Below, piece after piece: positions 1-11,021 of a stretch of 64,000 nucleotides of DNA. The position numbers and the translations under genes are program-made. Within the stretch, counting starts at the first letter, position 1; the number at the start of each line of letters is the position of its first letter. The DNA is from Burkholderiales bacterium (lineage in GTDB: Bacteria; Pseudomonadota; Gammaproteobacteria; Acidiferrobacterales; Sulfurifustaceae). The notes under the pieces are model-generated. The model did not search any database. It had not been told where the DNA came from and saw nothing but the letters and a program-made list of their open reading frames with translations. The stretch is taken from the NCBI GenBank assembly GCA_036563785.1, contig DATCLR010000120.1, forward strand, positions 4,998 to 68,997, in the 5' to 3' direction.

Positions 1-1866
1 CAGAATCCGGGCGGGTTCGACTACGAGGCGTTTCTTTTTCGCCAGCGCGTGCGCGCGACCGGCTACGTACGCGCCATGCCTGCTCCGGTGTATCTCGGCG
101 CCGCGACGGGGCTGCGCTACGGCATCGACCGCTGGCGAGCGCGGCTCGGCGAACGGATGCGTGCGCTCATGCCGGAAGAGCGATTCGCGGGCCTGCTGGT
201 CGCGCTCGCGAACGGCGATACCGGCGGTCTCGGCGACGAGCAGTGGGGGACGCTGCGGCGCACCGGCACGCTGCACCTCGTCGCCATCTCGGGCCTGCAC
301 ATCAGCCTGATCGCGGGTGCGGTCTACTGGCTGGTGCGGCGGCTCTGGGCGCTTCCGGCGGCGACGGTGCTCCGGCTGCCCGCGCCGCTCGCCGGCGCCG
401 TCGGCGGCATGCTCGCCGCGACGCTGTACGCCGCGCTCGCGGGGTTCGTGATCCCCACGCAGCGCGCGCTGGTGATGCTCGCCGTGGCGATGGGCGCCGT
501 GCTCTTGCGTCGGCGCGCACCGCCGAGCAAGCTGCTCGCCGCGGCGCTGCTCGCCGTGCTCGTCTACGACCCGTTGGCCGTGATGGCCTCCGGGTTCTGG
601 CTCTCGTTCGCCGCCGTGGCCGTCATCGTTTACGTGATGTACGGCGAGCGGGCAGGGACGCGGCTGTGGCGCAAGTGGGGCTACCTGCAGCTCGCCATCG
701 CCGTCGGCATGCTGCCGCTCATGCTGTGGCTGTTCCAGCGCGTGTCGTTGAGCGCGCCGGCGGCGAATCTGCTCGCGGTGCCCGTGTTCGATCTGCTGGT
801 CGTCCCGCTCACGCTGCTCGGAGCGCTCGCCGTCGGGCTCGGGATCGATTCGGTCGCCGCCTGGCTGTTCGCGGCGGGCGCCGCGCTGCTCGGCTGGCTG
901 TGGCACGCGCTCGCGTTCCTGGCGGATCTCGAGTACGGCGAATGGCTGCAGCATCGTCCGCCCGTCTGGGCCTTCGCGTGCGCGCTCGTGGGCGCGGCGC
1001 TCTTGCTCGCGCCGCGCGGCTTTCCGGCGCGCGCCGTCGGCGCGATATGGATGCTGCCCATGTTTCTCGTGCGCCCGCCGGCGCCCGCGCCCGGTGAAGC
1101 CTGGTTCACGCTGCTCGACGTCGGGCAGGGGCTCGCCGCCGTCGTGCGTACCGCCGAGCACGTGGTGGTCTACGACACCGGGCCGCGCTGGAGCGCGCGC
1201 TCCGACGCCGGGCGTACGGTCGTCGTGCCGTATCTGCGTTCGCAGGGCGTGGCGCGCATCGACGCGCTCGTGCTGAGTCACGGCGACACCGACCACGTGG
1301 GCGGCACCGCGTCGGTGCTCGCCGAGCTCGAGGTCGCGCGCATCATCGGCGGTGCGCCCGGCATCGAGGGCGAACCGTGCCGCGGCGGCGAGCAGTGGCA
1401 GTGGAGCGGCGTGCGGTTCACGCTGCTCGGACGCGGCGCGGAGACCGGGCGGAGCAACGACGCGTCGTGCGTGCTGCGCGTCGATACCGCGCACGGGTCG
1501 ATCCTGCTGCCGGGCGACATCGAGCGCAGCGGCGAACGCGCGCTGATCGAACGCGCCGCGGACCTCCTCGCGTCGACGGTGCTCGTCGCGCCGCACCACG
1601 GCAGCCGCTCGTCGTCCAGTCCGGAGTTCCTCGAGTACGTCGGCGCACGGCACGTGCTCTTCGCCGTCGGCTTTCGCAATCCGTACCGCCACCCGCATCC
1701 TGCGGTCGTCGAGCGCTACCGCGCGCTCGGCGCAAGGTTGTACGATTCGCCTTCCGCGGGCGCGCTCGAGCTGCGGCTGGGCGCGAGCGGCATCGAGGTT
1801 CAGTCCTACCGCGATCGTGCGCGGCGCTACTGGTTCGCGCAGCCGGCGCCGCTCTCCGCGCCTTGA
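1..1866 (+). CDS. comEC: DNA internalization competence protein ComEC/Rec2, 5'-truncated by window edge
   Basis: Frame 1 is open from nt 1 (QNPGGFDYEAFLF...) and runs into listed ORF 49..1866. Long polytopic hydrophobic core, then a metallo-beta-lactamase-like C-terminus (LSHGDTDHVGG, VAPHHGS). Confidence 0.85.
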   Translation, partial: QNPGGFDYEAFLFRQRVRATGYVRAMPAPVYLGAATGLRYGIDRWRARLGERMRALMPEERFAGLLVALANGDTGGLGDEQWGTLRRTGTLHLVAISGLHISLIAGAVYWLVRRLWALPAATVLRLPAPLAGAVGGMLAATLYAALAGFVIPTQRALVMLAVAMGAVLLRRRAPPSKLLAAALLAVLVYDPLAVMASGFWLSFAAVAVIVYVMYGERAGTRLWRKWGYLQLAIAVGMLPLMLWLFQRVSLSAPAANLLAVPVFDLLVVPLTLLGALAVGLGIDSVAAWLFAAGAALLGWLWHALAFLADLEYGEWLQHRPPVWAFACALVGAALLLAPRGFPARAVGAIWMLPMFLVRPPAPAPGEAWFTLLDVGQGLAAVVRTAEHVVVYDTGPRWSARSDAGRTVVVPYLRSQGVARIDALVLSHGDTDHVGGTASVLAELEVARIIGGAPGIEGEPCRGGEQWQWSGVRFTLLGRGAETGRSNDASCVLRVDTAHGSILLPGDIERSGERALIERAADLLASTVLVAPHHGSRSSSSPEFLEYVGARHVLFAVGFRNPYRHPHPAVVERYRALGARLYDSPSAGALELRLGASGIEVQSYRDRARRYWFAQPAPLSAP

Positions 1867-1917
1867 GGTTTTCGATGCGTCTGTTAAATTAGCCCCACTT
1901 TTCACCCCCGATCGCGC

Positions 1918-2532
1918 ATGTTCGAGCTGATCCAGGCCGGTGGCATCGCCATGTGGCCGCTGATGCTGTTCTCCGTGGCCGCCCTGGCCATCATCGGGGA
2001 ACGCTTCTGGTCGCTGCAGCGCAAGTACGTGTGCCCGCCGAATCTCATTCCGCAGGTGCAGCAGTGGCTCGAGCGCAACGAGCTCGACGACGCGCGCATC
2101 GAGCTGGTGCGGCAAAGCTCGCCGCTCGGGCGCGTGGTGGCCGCCGGACTCGTCAACCGGCACCGCGACCGCGAGATCATCAAGGAGGCGGTGGAGAACG
2201 CGGGCCGGCACACGGTGCCCGAGCTCGAACGCTATCTGCGTACGCTCGGCACCATCGCGACCATCGCACCGTTTCTCGGACTGCTCGGTACCGTGCTCGG
2301 CATGATCGACATGTTCGCCGGCATCAGCACGCGCGGTATCGGCGACCCGTCGATCATCGCGGGCGGCATCTCGCAGGCGCTCATCGCCACGGCCACCGGT
2401 CTCGCCGTGGCGATCCCCGCCGTCATCTTCTATCGATACTTTCGCGGTCGGGTGAGCGAGCTGGTGTTCGACATGGAGCAGGAGGCGCTGCGCTTCATGG
2501 AGATTCTGCAGCGCCAGCGCGAACGGAACTGA
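1918..2532 (+). CDS. exbB: MotA/TolQ/ExbB proton-channel family protein
   Basis: 204 aa. N-terminal MFELIQAGGIAMWPLMLFS and three TM segments typical of ExbB/TolQ. Immediately followed by an ExbD-like gene. Confidence 0.85.
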   Translation: MFELIQAGGIAMWPLMLFSVAALAIIGERFWSLQRKYVCPPNLIPQVQQWLERNELDDARIELVRQSSPLGRVVAAGLVNRHRDREIIKEAVENAGRHTVPELERYLRTLGTIATIAPFLGLLGTVLGMIDMFAGISTRGIGDPSIIAGGISQALIATATGLAVAIPAVIFYRYFRGRVSELVFDMEQEALRFMEILQRQRERN

Positions 2533-2536
2533 CGCC

Positions 2537-2965
2537 GTGGACTTCCGCCCCGGAGAAGACGAAGAGCCGGAGATCAACCTGATCCCGCTCATCGACGTGC
2601 TGTTGATGACGTTGATCTTCCTCATCGTCACCACCAGCTTTTCGGACCATGCGCAGCTGCAGGTACAGCTTCCCGAAGCGTCGGCGGACCCGAGTCCGGC
2701 TCCCGACGCGCTGCGCATCACGGTCGACGCGCGCGGACAGTACTACATCGACAACCGGCAGCTGCTGAACGACAACGTCGAGCTGCTCTATCACGCCATG
2801 GCGCAGGCTGCGGGGGACGACAAGGAGCGGCTCGTCGTGATCCAGGCGGATGCCAAGGCGCCGCACGAATCGGTAGTACGCGTGATGGACGTCGCGCGCA
2901 GACTCGGGCTGACGCGCCTCACCTTCGCCACGCAGCAGCCCGCCCCGGAAGGGTCGGGTTCGTGA
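2537..2965 (+). CDS. exbD: ExbD/TolR biopolymer transport protein
   Basis: 142 aa. INLIPLIDVLLMTLIFLIV single TM plus periplasmic domain. GTG start 5 nt after the exbB stop. Confidence 0.85.
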   Translation: MDFRPGEDEEPEINLIPLIDVLLMTLIFLIVTTSFSDHAQLQVQLPEASADPSPAPDALRITVDARGQYYIDNRQLLNDNVELLYHAMAQAAGDDKERLVVIQADAKAPHESVVRVMDVARRLGLTRLTFATQQPAPEGSGS

Positions 2966-4731
2966 GCGCGGCCGGTACCTCGGCCCGCGGGCACTTCGCC
3001 GAAAGCAGCCGGTTGTACCGCCGGCTGCTGTCGTACGCGTGGCCGTACAAGTGGGTGTTCCTGGTCGCCGTGATCGGCATGGCGATCCTCTCGCTCACGT
3101 CGACGGCGTTCGCCGCCATGATCAAGCCGCTCGTCGACGACGGCTTCGTCGGGCGCGACCCCCGAACGATCAGGCTCATCCCGCTTTTCATCATCGGCCT
3201 GTTCCTCGTGCGCGCGGTCGGCAATTTCCTCGCGCAGTACGGCCTCGCCTGGATCGGGCGGCGGGTGACGTTCGATCTGCGCCAGGCGATGTTCGCGCAC
3301 CTGATGCGGCTGCCGAGCGAGTTCTACGACGCGAGCCCCTCGGGCGGGCTCGTATCGAAGCTCATCTTCGACGTCGAGCAGGTCGCGAAGGCCGTGACCG
3401 AGGCGGTGCTGACGCTCGTGCGCGACGGCCTCACGGTCGTCGCGCTCACGCTGTGGATGCTCTATCTCAACTGGAAGCTGACGCTGCTGTTCGCCGTCGC
3501 CACGCCGGTCGCGGCCTGGCTGCTCTCGATCATGAGCCGGCGCTTCCGCCTCACGAGCACGCTGATACAGTCGAGCATGGGCGAGATCTCGCAGGTGGCG
3601 CAGGAGGCGATCGGCGGGCAACGCATCGTCAAGGCGTTCGGGGCGCAGGCCGCGGAGACCGACACGTTCCGCCGCGCGAACGAGCGCAACCGCAAGGAGA
3701 CGACGCGCAAGAGCGCGATCTCCGCGATCGGCGTCAGCCTGCTGCAGCTCGTAGCCGCGAGCGCGCTCGCGCTCGTGATCTACGCCGCTTTTCTGATCGG
3801 CGACGTCACGGCCGGAAGCTTCATGTCGTTCGTCACCGCCATGACGCTCATGATGGCGCCGGCCAAGGGGCTCGCGAGCGTGAACGAAGTGGTGCAGACC
3901 GGTCTCGCCGCGGCGCAGAGCGCCTTCGCGCTGCTCGACGAGACGCAGGAAGCCGACACCGGCTCGGTGCGGCTCGAGCGCGTGAAGGGGCGCGTCGAGT
4001 ACCGCCACGTCGGCTTCCGCTACCCCGGGAGCGACGGACCGGCGCTGATCGACGTGTCCTTCACCATCGAGCCCGGGCAGACGGTCGCGCTCGTCGGCGC
4101 CTCCGGCAGCGGGAAGACCACGGCGGCCAGCCTGCTGCCCCGGTTCTACCGCGCGACGGACGGCGAGATCCTCATCGACGGTATCAACATCAACGACTTC
4201 GCGCTCGCGAACCTGCGTTCGCACATCGCGCTGGTCAGTCAGGAAACGACCCTTTTCGACGACACCATCCGCAACAACATCGCCTATGGCGCGACCGGTC
4301 CGATCGACGATGCGCGCGTCGAGGCGGCGGCCCGCGCCGCGCACGTGCTCGAGTTCGCGCAGCGCCTTCCCGAGGGTCTCGACACCCGGGTCGGCGAGCG
4401 GGGGCTGGCGCTTTCGGGCGGACAGCGGCAGCGGGTGGCGATCGCGCGCGCGTTATATAAGGATGCGCCGATCCTGATCCTCGACGAGGCGACGTCGGCG
4501 CTCGACGTCGAGTCGGAGCGCTACGTGCAGGACGCGATGCAGAAGCTGCGCGAGAACCGCACGACGCTCGTGATCGCGCACCGGCTCTCGACGGTGGAGC
4601 ATGCCGACTGCATCGTCGTGCTGTCGCGCGGGCGGGTGGTGGAAATGGGCACCCACGCGGAGCTGCTCGCGCGCAACGGCGCGTACGCGGCGCTCTACCG
4701 CCAGCAGTTCGCGGAAGCCGCGGCCGGCTGA
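2962..4731 (+). CDS. msbA: Lipid A export ABC transporter permease/ATPase MsbA
   Basis: 589 aa. Six-TM domain plus NBD with Walker A GASGSGKTT, signature LSGGQRQR and Walker B ILILDEATSALD. GTGA overlap with exbD; followed by lpxK. Confidence 0.9.
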   Translation: MSAAGTSARGHFAESSRLYRRLLSYAWPYKWVFLVAVIGMAILSLTSTAFAAMIKPLVDDGFVGRDPRTIRLIPLFIIGLFLVRAVGNFLAQYGLAWIGRRVTFDLRQAMFAHLMRLPSEFYDASPSGGLVSKLIFDVEQVAKAVTEAVLTLVRDGLTVVALTLWMLYLNWKLTLLFAVATPVAAWLLSIMSRRFRLTSTLIQSSMGEISQVAQEAIGGQRIVKAFGAQAAETDTFRRANERNRKETTRKSAISAIGVSLLQLVAASALALVIYAAFLIGDVTAGSFMSFVTAMTLMMAPAKGLASVNEVVQTGLAAAQSAFALLDETQEADTGSVRLERVKGRVEYRHVGFRYPGSDGPALIDVSFTIEPGQTVALVGASGSGKTTAASLLPRFYRATDGEILIDGININDFALANLRSHIALVSQETTLFDDTIRNNIAYGATGPIDDARVEAAARAAHVLEFAQRLPEGLDTRVGERGLALSGGQRQRVAIARALYKDAPILILDEATSALDVESERYVQDAMQKLRENRTTLVIAHRLSTVEHADCIVVLSRGRVVEMGTHAELLARNGAYAALYRQQFAEAAAG

Positions 4732-4859
4732 GCGAAGTGCCGCGCGCCACAATAACAAGCAACGCGCAGATGACTGCCCCAGGAGCGTCCGTACCGGTAC
4801 TTTCCGGTCTTTGCCCGCGGCTGCGGCACTCCGACCGCTCGACGCGCCGCTGACCGGCC

Positions 4860-5831
4860 ATGGCCCCGATCGAGCGCCACTGGCAGGGCGATACGTTCGT
4901 GAGCCGCCTGCTGCTGCCGCTGAGCGTCGTCTATTGCACGGCGGCGGCGCTCCGCCGGGAAATGTTCCGGCGCGGCTGGCGCACCGCGGTGCGCGCACCG
5001 GTTCCCGTCATCGTCGTCGGGAACATCACGGTCGGCGGGACCGGAAAGACGCCGCTGGTGCTCTGGCTCGCACGCTATCTCGCCGCTCTCGGCTACAGGC
5101 CGGGGATCATCGCGCGCGGCTACCGCGGGCGGGCGCGCAGCTGGCCGCAACTGGTCACCGCACATTCGGATCCGGAGCTCGTGGGCGACGAGCCCGTGCT
5201 GCTCGCGCGGCGCTCGGGGTACCCCGTGGTCGCCGATCCGCAGCGGCCGCGCGGCATCCAGTGGCTGCTCGCGCACGAGTGCAACGTGATCGTGAGCGAC
5301 GACGGGCTGCAGCACTATCGGCTGTATCGGGATCTCGAGATCGCCGTGATCGACGGCGAACGCCGCTTCGGCAACGGCCGCTGCCTGCCGGCGGGACCGC
5401 TGCGCGAGCGGCCGACGCGGCTCGAGACGGTCGATGCCGTCGTGACCCAGGGCGCGGCACGCGCGGGCGAGTGGTCGATGCGCCTCGTGCCGACCGGTTT
5501 TCGCCGCGTCGCGAATCCCGAGGAGGAGCGGCCGCTCGATGCGTTTCGCGGGCGGCGGGTTCACGGCGTCGCCGGCATCGGCAATCCGGCGCGCTTCTTC
5601 GCGCAACTGCGCGCACTGGGCGCGGACGTCGTCGAGCATCCCTTCCGGGATCATCATCGCTTCCGTCCGCAGGACCTCGAGTTCGGCGATGACGCCGACG
5701 TGATAATGACCGAGAAGGATGCGGTAAAATGCCGGCGATTCGCCGGGGAGCGTGCGTGGTACCTGGCGGCGGAAGCGGAGGTCGACCCGGGGTTCGGCGA
5801 ATGGCTGCAGCGGCGGCTGAGGAGCGCGTGA
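4860..5831 (+). CDS. lpxK: Tetraacyldisaccharide 4'-kinase
   Basis: 323 aa. P-loop VGNITVGGTGKTP and SRGY-like ARGYRG. Conserved msbA-lpxK-kdsB context. Confidence 0.9.
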   Translation: MAPIERHWQGDTFVSRLLLPLSVVYCTAAALRREMFRRGWRTAVRAPVPVIVVGNITVGGTGKTPLVLWLARYLAALGYRPGIIARGYRGRARSWPQLVTAHSDPELVGDEPVLLARRSGYPVVADPQRPRGIQWLLAHECNVIVSDDGLQHYRLYRDLEIAVIDGERRFGNGRCLPAGPLRERPTRLETVDAVVTQGAARAGEWSMRLVPTGFRRVANPEEERPLDAFRGRRVHGVAGIGNPARFFAQLRALGADVVEHPFRDHHRFRPQDLEFGDDADVIMTEKDAVKCRRFAGERAWYLAAEAEVDPGFGEWLQRRLRSA

Positions 5832-6017
5832 ATGGACCGCAAACTGCTCGATATTCTCGTGTGTCCGGTCTGCAAGGGGCGGCTGCACTACGACAAGGCC
5901 AGGTCCGAGCTCGTATGCCGCGCCGACCGGCTCGCCTATCCCGTTCGCGACGACATCCCGGTGATGCTGGAGGAGGAGGCGCGCCGCGTGCCGGAAGAGG
6001 AGCTGCCGCGATCGTGA
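5832..6017 (+). CDS. Trm112/YcaR family small zinc-ribbon-like protein
   Basis: 61 aa, [18 protein letters not shown]...; sits in the usual position between lpxK and kdsB. Confidence 0.8.
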   Translation: MDRKLLDILVCPVCKGRLHYDKARSELVCRADRLAYPVRDDIPVMLEEEARRVPEEELPRS

Positions 6018-6060
6018 GCGCGGCGAGCCCTAGGCCGTAGCCGGCTCCGATCCGTCCGCC

Positions 6061-6798
6061 GTGCACATCATCATCCCAGCGCGCTACGCCTCGACGCGGC
6101 TGCCCGGGAAACCTCTCGCCGATGTCGGCGGAAAGACGCTGCTCGAGCGCGTCTACGAACGGGCTCTCGCGAGCGGCGCGCAGCGCATCACCATCGCCAC
6201 CGACGACGACCGGATCCGCCGCGCGGCGGAGGCGTTCGGCGCGGACGTGTGCCTGACGAGCGCGGAGCACCGCTCCGGCACCGAGCGTCTGGGCGAGGTC
6301 ATCGGGCGGCTCGGGATCGGGCCCGAAGAGGTCGTCGTCAACCTGCAGGGCGACGAGCCGCTGATGCCGCCGGCGCTTATTCGCCGGGTCGCCGACACGC
6401 TCGTCGCACGTCGCGAGGCGGTCATGGCGACGGCGTGCCACCCGATCCACGACCGCGAGTCGTTCGAGAACCCCAATGTCGTCAAGGTCGTTACCGATGC
6501 TTCGGGCTATGCGCTCTATTTCAGCCGCGCGCCCATCCCCTGGCCGCGCGCGCAGTCGGGCGGCGCGCCGGTGCAGGCGCTGCGTCACATCGGCATCTAC
6601 GCCTACCGCGCCGGCTTCGTCGCGCGCTATTGCGGGTGGGCGGGCTCCCCGCTCGAGGAAATCGAGCAGCTCGAGCAGCTGCGCGTGCTGTGGCACGGCG
6701 GCCGGATCGCGGTCTGTATCGCCGACGAGGCTCCGGAGGCGGGGGTCGATACGCCCGAGGATCTGGAGCGGGTACGGAGGTATTTCGAGGGGGGGTGA
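6061..6798 (+). CDS. kdsB: 3-deoxy-manno-octulosonate cytidylyltransferase
   Basis: 245 aa. [17 protein letters not shown]-terminus and [11 protein letters not shown] motif. Confidence 0.9.
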   Translation: MHIIIPARYASTRLPGKPLADVGGKTLLERVYERALASGAQRITIATDDDRIRRAAEAFGADVCLTSAEHRSGTERLGEVIGRLGIGPEEVVVNLQGDEPLMPPALIRRVADTLVARREAVMATACHPIHDRESFENPNVVKVVTDASGYALYFSRAPIPWPRAQSGGAPVQALRHIGIYAYRAGFVARYCGWAGSPLEEIEQLEQLRVLWHGGRIAVCIADEAPEAGVDTPEDLERVRRYFEGG

Positions 6799-6857
6799 GG
6801 CGGCGCGCCGCGTCGGCGCCCGCTTGGCGCCCCTTCAACGGCATCGGGGAAAAGCGT

Positions 6858-7331
6858 ATGGTCAGAGTGCTCTTCGTTTGCCTCGGAAATATCTGCCGCT
6901 CGCCGATGGCGGAGGGGGTGTTCCGCAAATTGGTGGAGGAGGCCGGACTCGCGGATCGCGTCGAGATCGATTCCGCCGGTACGCACGCCTATCACGTGAA
7001 CGAGCCGCCCGACCCGCGCGCCCAGGCGGCCGCCGCGCGGCGCGGCATCGACATCAGTCGGCTGCGGGGACGCCAGGTGCAGCGGGAGGACTTCGCGCGC
7101 TTCGACTACATCCTCGCGATGGACGAGGACAACTACGCGCATCTGCAGGCGCGCTGTCCGCCCGCGCACGCGCACAAGACGCGTCTGTTCCTGGAGTACG
7201 CTACGCGTGCGACCACGCGCGTCGTGCCGGACCCGTACTACGGCGGCGAGAGCGGGTTCGACCGCGTGCTCGATCTGATCGAAGACGCCGCGGCCGGTCT
7301 GCTCGCGGAAGTCCGCGAGCGGCTCTCCTGA
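6858..7331 (+). CDS. Low-molecular-weight protein-tyrosine phosphatase
   Basis: Internal ATG of ORF 6249..7331. Active-site loop VLFVCLGNICRSPMAEG (CX5R-S) and DPYYG near the C-terminus. Confidence 0.9.
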   Translation: MVRVLFVCLGNICRSPMAEGVFRKLVEEAGLADRVEIDSAGTHAYHVNEPPDPRAQAAAARRGIDISRLRGRQVQREDFARFDYILAMDEDNYAHLQARCPPAHAHKTRLFLEYATRATTRVVPDPYYGGESGFDRVLDLIEDAAAGLLAEVRERLS

Positions 7332-7351
7332 TCCCTCGCGGAAGCTGAGCC

Positions 7352-9679
7352 CTATTCGGGTTTCGGCCGCTGCGACTCGTCGGCGTCGCGACGCGTTTCG
7401 ACCTGCACCAGAGGCACGGCCGATTCCTCACGCGGCGCGGCGACCGGCTCCGGCGCCGACACAGCGGTCGGCCCGGAGAAGGCGGCGGCGCTTTGCGGTG
7501 CCTCTGCCGGACGCGGCGTATCGGACGCGGCGGCAGGCGGCGCCGCAGGACCGTGCCCTGTGGGCTCATGGTGTGCCTCGCCGTTTCCCTTGCCGGGCGC
7601 AGGCGCATTCGCCGCGCCTTCGCGCGATGCGGGATGGGACGCCGTCTCGGCGCGGCTGCCGTTCCCTTGGGCTTGTTGAGCCTGGGCCTGTGCCTGGGTC
7701 TGGGCTTGCGCTTGCGCGTTGCCGCGACCGCGGCGACCGCGCCGACCGCGACGGCGGCCGCCGCCTTCGCGCGGCGGCGTGCTCGTCGCTTCCGTGCCGG
7801 CGGACTGCGCCGCCGGCCGCGCCTGCTGGGCAGCCGGCCGCTTCTGCGCCTCCGAGCCCGAATTCGCCTGCCCCTGTCGCTGCTGCTGCGGACGTCCCTG
7901 GCGCGTGCGCTGCTCGCTTCGTGACGCCTGTTGCGGCTGCGGCCGCGCGGCCGCTCGCGACGGCTTGGCCGCGGGGACTTCGGGGCGCGATTCGCGCCGC
8001 TCGCCGAAGAGACGGCGAAACAGGCGAGTGAAGAAGCCCTCGGGCTTCTTGGGCGGCGGGGGCGGCGCCACGGGATGGAGCAGCGGTCCGATGACGGGTG
8101 TCTCGGCCGCCGGCGTCGGGCGGCTCGGCGCTTCCTCCTTCTTTTCCTCGAAGTCGACGCGGCGGATCTCGTAGCTCGGCTTGTCCGCCTCGGCCTCGTA
8201 CTCGTCCATGCGCAGTCGGCGGATGCGATAGTGCGGCGTCTCGAGCGTCTCGTCGGGGATCACCATGATCGGTGTCCCGATGCGCGACTCGATCGCGTTC
8301 AGCTCGACGCGCTTCTCGTTGAGGAGATACGTCGCAGTCGGCAACGGCAGGTGCACGTGCACCGCCGCGGTGTTCTCCTTCATCGCCTCCTCCTGGATCA
8401 TGCGCAGCACCGAGAGGGCGGAGGACTGCACCGACCGGATATGGCCCGTGCCGTTGCAGCGCGGGCACACGAGGCTCGAGGACTCGTTGAGCGAGGGCCG
8501 CAGGCGCTGGCGCGACATCTCGAGCAGCCCGAAGCGGGAGATGCGGCCGACCTGCACGCGCGCGCGGTCGTGCTTGAGCGCCTCGATGAGGCGGTTCTCG
8601 ACCTGACGCTGATGGTGCATCGGCGTCATGTCGATGAAGTCGATGACGATGAGCCCTCCGAGGTCGCGCAGCCGGAGCTGGCGGGCGATCTCCTCGGCCG
8701 CCTCGAGGTTCGTGTTGAGCGCGGTTTCCTCGATGTCGGCGCCCTTGGTCGCGCGCGCCGAATTGATGTCGATCGTGACCAGCGCCTCGGTCTTGTCGAA
8801 CACGAGCGAGCCGCCGGACTCAAGCCGGACCTCGCGAGAAAACGCCGTCTCGATCTGGTGCTCGATCTGAAAGCGCGAGAAAAGGGGGATCTCGTCCTTA
8901 TAGAGCTTCAGGCGGTCGAGCCACTGCGGCGCCACCTGCTCCATGAACTTGCGCATGCGCTCGTAGATCTCGGGGTTGTCGACCAGCACCTCGCCGATGT
9001 CCTGGCGCAGGTAGTCGCGGGTGGCGCGCACCACCAGGTTGCTTTCCTGGTAGATCAGGAACGGAGCCGGGCGCTCGGCGGCGGCCTTGGTGATCGCGTC
9101 CCAGAGGTTCACCAGGTAGTCGAGGTCCCACTGCAGCTCCTCGACCGAGCGGCCGATGCCGGCCGTACGGGCGATGAGCGAATAGTCCTCGGGCACCTTG
9201 AGCTGGGCCATCGCCTCGCGCAGCTCCGCCCGGTCCTCGCCCTCGATGCGGCGCGAAATCCCGCCGCCCTTGGGGTTGTTCGGCATGAGGACCAGGTAGC
9301 GTCCCGGGAGGCTGATAAAGGTCGTGAGCGCCGCACCCTTGGTGCCGCGCTCCTCCTTGTCCACCTGGACGACCAGCTCCTGGCCCTCCTTAATGACATC
9401 CTTGATCCGGACTTGGCTCACCGGGGTCTTCTCGTCGTACCCCGTGAAATAGGTGCGCGAGATCTCCTTGAGGGGCAGGAAGCCCTGACGTTCGGTGCCG
9501 TAGTCGACGAACGCCGCCTCGAGGCTCGGCTCGACGCGGGTTACGCGCGCTTTATAGATGTTTCCTTTCTTGAGCTGGTAATTGGAAGATTCGATATCGA
9601 GATCGAGGAGCTTTTGGCCGTCCACGATCGCGAGCCGCAACTCTTCGGGATGAGTCGCGTTAAAAAGTATTCTTTTCAT
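7352..9679 (-). CDS. rne: Ribonuclease E
   Basis: [25 protein letters not shown]1/catalytic N-terminal half. The C-terminal half is Arg/Pro/Gln-rich low complexity ([28 protein letters not shown]). Divergent from rluC as in E. coli. Start taken at the ATG at 9679, 21 codons inside the listed ORF. Confidence 0.9.
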   Translation of the reverse strand: MKRILFNATHPEELRLAIVDGQKLLDLDIESSNYQLKKGNIYKARVTRVEPSLEAAFVDYGTERQGFLPLKEISRTYFTGYDEKTPVSQVRIKDVIKEGQELVVQVDKEERGTKGAALTTFISLPGRYLVLMPNNPKGGGISRRIEGEDRAELREAMAQLKVPEDYSLIARTAGIGRSVEELQWDLDYLVNLWDAITKAAAERPAPFLIYQESNLVVRATRDYLRQDIGEVLVDNPEIYERMRKFMEQVAPQWLDRLKLYKDEIPLFSRFQIEHQIETAFSREVRLESGGSLVFDKTEALVTIDINSARATKGADIEETALNTNLEAAEEIARQLRLRDLGGLIVIDFIDMTPMHHQRQVENRLIEALKHDRARVQVGRISRFGLLEMSRQRLRPSLNESSSLVCPRCNGTGHIRSVQSSALSVLRMIQEEAMKENTAAVHVHLPLPTATYLLNEKRVELNAIESRIGTPIMVIPDETLETPHYRIRRLRMDEYEAEADKPSYEIRRVDFEEKKEEAPSRPTPAAETPVIGPLLHPVAPPPPPKKPEGFFTRLFRRLFGERRESRPEVPAAKPSRAAARPQPQQASRSEQRTRQGRPQQQRQGQANSGSEAQKRPAAQQARPAAQSAGTEATSTPPREGGGRRRGRRGRRGRGNAQAQAQTQAQAQAQQAQGNGSRAETASHPASREGAANAPAPGKGNGEAHHEPTGHGPAAPPAAASDTPRPAEAPQSAAAFSGPTAVSAPEPVAAPREESAVPLVQVETRRDADESQRPKPE

Positions 9680-10025
9680 TGTAAAATCCCCGACGCCTCG
9701 GGAATCGGCCGGGCATGAGAGCGGTGGTGCTCCGCGCACCACGCGGAAGTAAGCGGCACGGCGTCCAAAACAGACGGGCGCTCAACCTACCGGCGGTAAT
9801 CCTTCAGCGTCTTATCGCTGTGCGCCCCTACTGGACAGGGGTGAGGGACGCGAAACCCTGTGTACCCGGGAGGCTTGCGCGAGAGCGGGAGTCATGGCGC
9901 TGCGGCGTGGCTCACCGGGCGGTACCGGACAACCTTGCCCGATACGAAAACGTTCTGACTGACGGCATTCGGGAGCCGTTCGCTGACCCGCCATACCGTA
10001 GCGAAAATACAACCGCACTATATCA
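9680..10025 (-). promoter_or_regulatory. Long rne 5' leader plus divergent rluC promoter region
   Basis: 346-nt non-coding gap between divergent rne and rluC. In E. coli a long structured rne leader mediates autoregulation; the structure here was not modelled. Confidence 0.4.
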
Positions 10026-11021
10026 ATGAAGGCCCGGAGCGGCAATGAGCAGCGGCCGGTTACCACGGTGAGCACGGATCGCGACGAACAGGGTGTGCGC
10101 TACGTCGACATCGACGACGCGCGCGCCGGGCAGCGGCTCGACAACTTCCTGCTCGGGCAGCTGAAGGGCGTTCCCCGAAGTCACGTCTACCGGGTGCTGC
10201 GGCGAGGCGAGGTGCGGGTCAACCGCCGCCGCGCCGGGCCGGATTACCGCCTTCAGGCCGGCGACCGGGTGCGCATCCCGCCGGTGCGGATGCGCGCCGC
10301 GCCCCCGGCGGTGCGTCCCGACGCGTTCGAATGGCTGCGCGACCGCATCATCTACGAGGACGACGATCTGCTGGCGCTCGACAAGCCCGCCGGACTCGCC
10401 GTGCACGGCGGCAGCGGCGTCGCGGTAGGGCTGATCGAGGCGCTGCGCAGTCTCCGCCCGGACGCGCCGGGCCTCGAGCTGGTCCACCGGCTCGATCGCG
10501 ACACCTCCGGCTGCCTGCTGCTCGCCAAACGCCGGCCGGCGCTGCGCGCGTTGCACGCGGCGCTGCGGGAAGGTCGGGTCGAGAAGCGATATCTGGCGCT
10601 CGTGCAGGGGCGCTGGCGCGGCGGCACCCGGCGAATCAGCGCACTCCTGGGGGCCGAGCGGCGCGGCGGCGAGTGGCGCGTCGAGGTGGACGAGGCCGGG
10701 CGGGCGGCGGAGACCGCATTCACGCCGAGGGGTCATTACGGGCCCGCGACACTCATGGAGATCCTCCTTTATACGGGCCGCACCCACCAGGCCCGCGTGC
10801 ACGCCGCGCACGCCGGCCATCCGATCGCCGGCGACGACAAGTACGGCAGCCGCGACTTCAATCGCGAGCTGCGCCGCCTCGGGCTGCGGCGGCTGTTCCT
10901 GCACGCCGCGCGCGTTCAGTTCGCGCATCCGACGTCCGGGGCTAGAATCAGGCTCGAGGCCCCGCTTCCCCGGGAACTGAACGCGATTCTGGAGCGACTG
11001 CGTGAGCAGCCGGCCGTATGA
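10026..11021 (+). CDS. rluC: 23S rRNA pseudouridine synthase RluC (RluA family)
   Basis: 331 aa. S4 domain (RLDNFLLGQLKGVPRSHVYRVLRRGEVRVN) and catalytic HRLDRDTSG motif. Divergent from rne. Confidence 0.85.
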   Translation: MKARSGNEQRPVTTVSTDRDEQGVRYVDIDDARAGQRLDNFLLGQLKGVPRSHVYRVLRRGEVRVNRRRAGPDYRLQAGDRVRIPPVRMRAAPPAVRPDAFEWLRDRIIYEDDDLLALDKPAGLAVHGGSGVAVGLIEALRSLRPDAPGLELVHRLDRDTSGCLLLAKRRPALRALHAALREGRVEKRYLALVQGRWRGGTRRISALLGAERRGGEWRVEVDEAGRAAETAFTPRGHYGPATLMEILLYTGRTHQARVHAAHAGHPIAGDDKYGSRDFNRELRRLGLRRLFLHAARVQFAHPTSGARIRLEAPLPRELNAILERLREQPAV

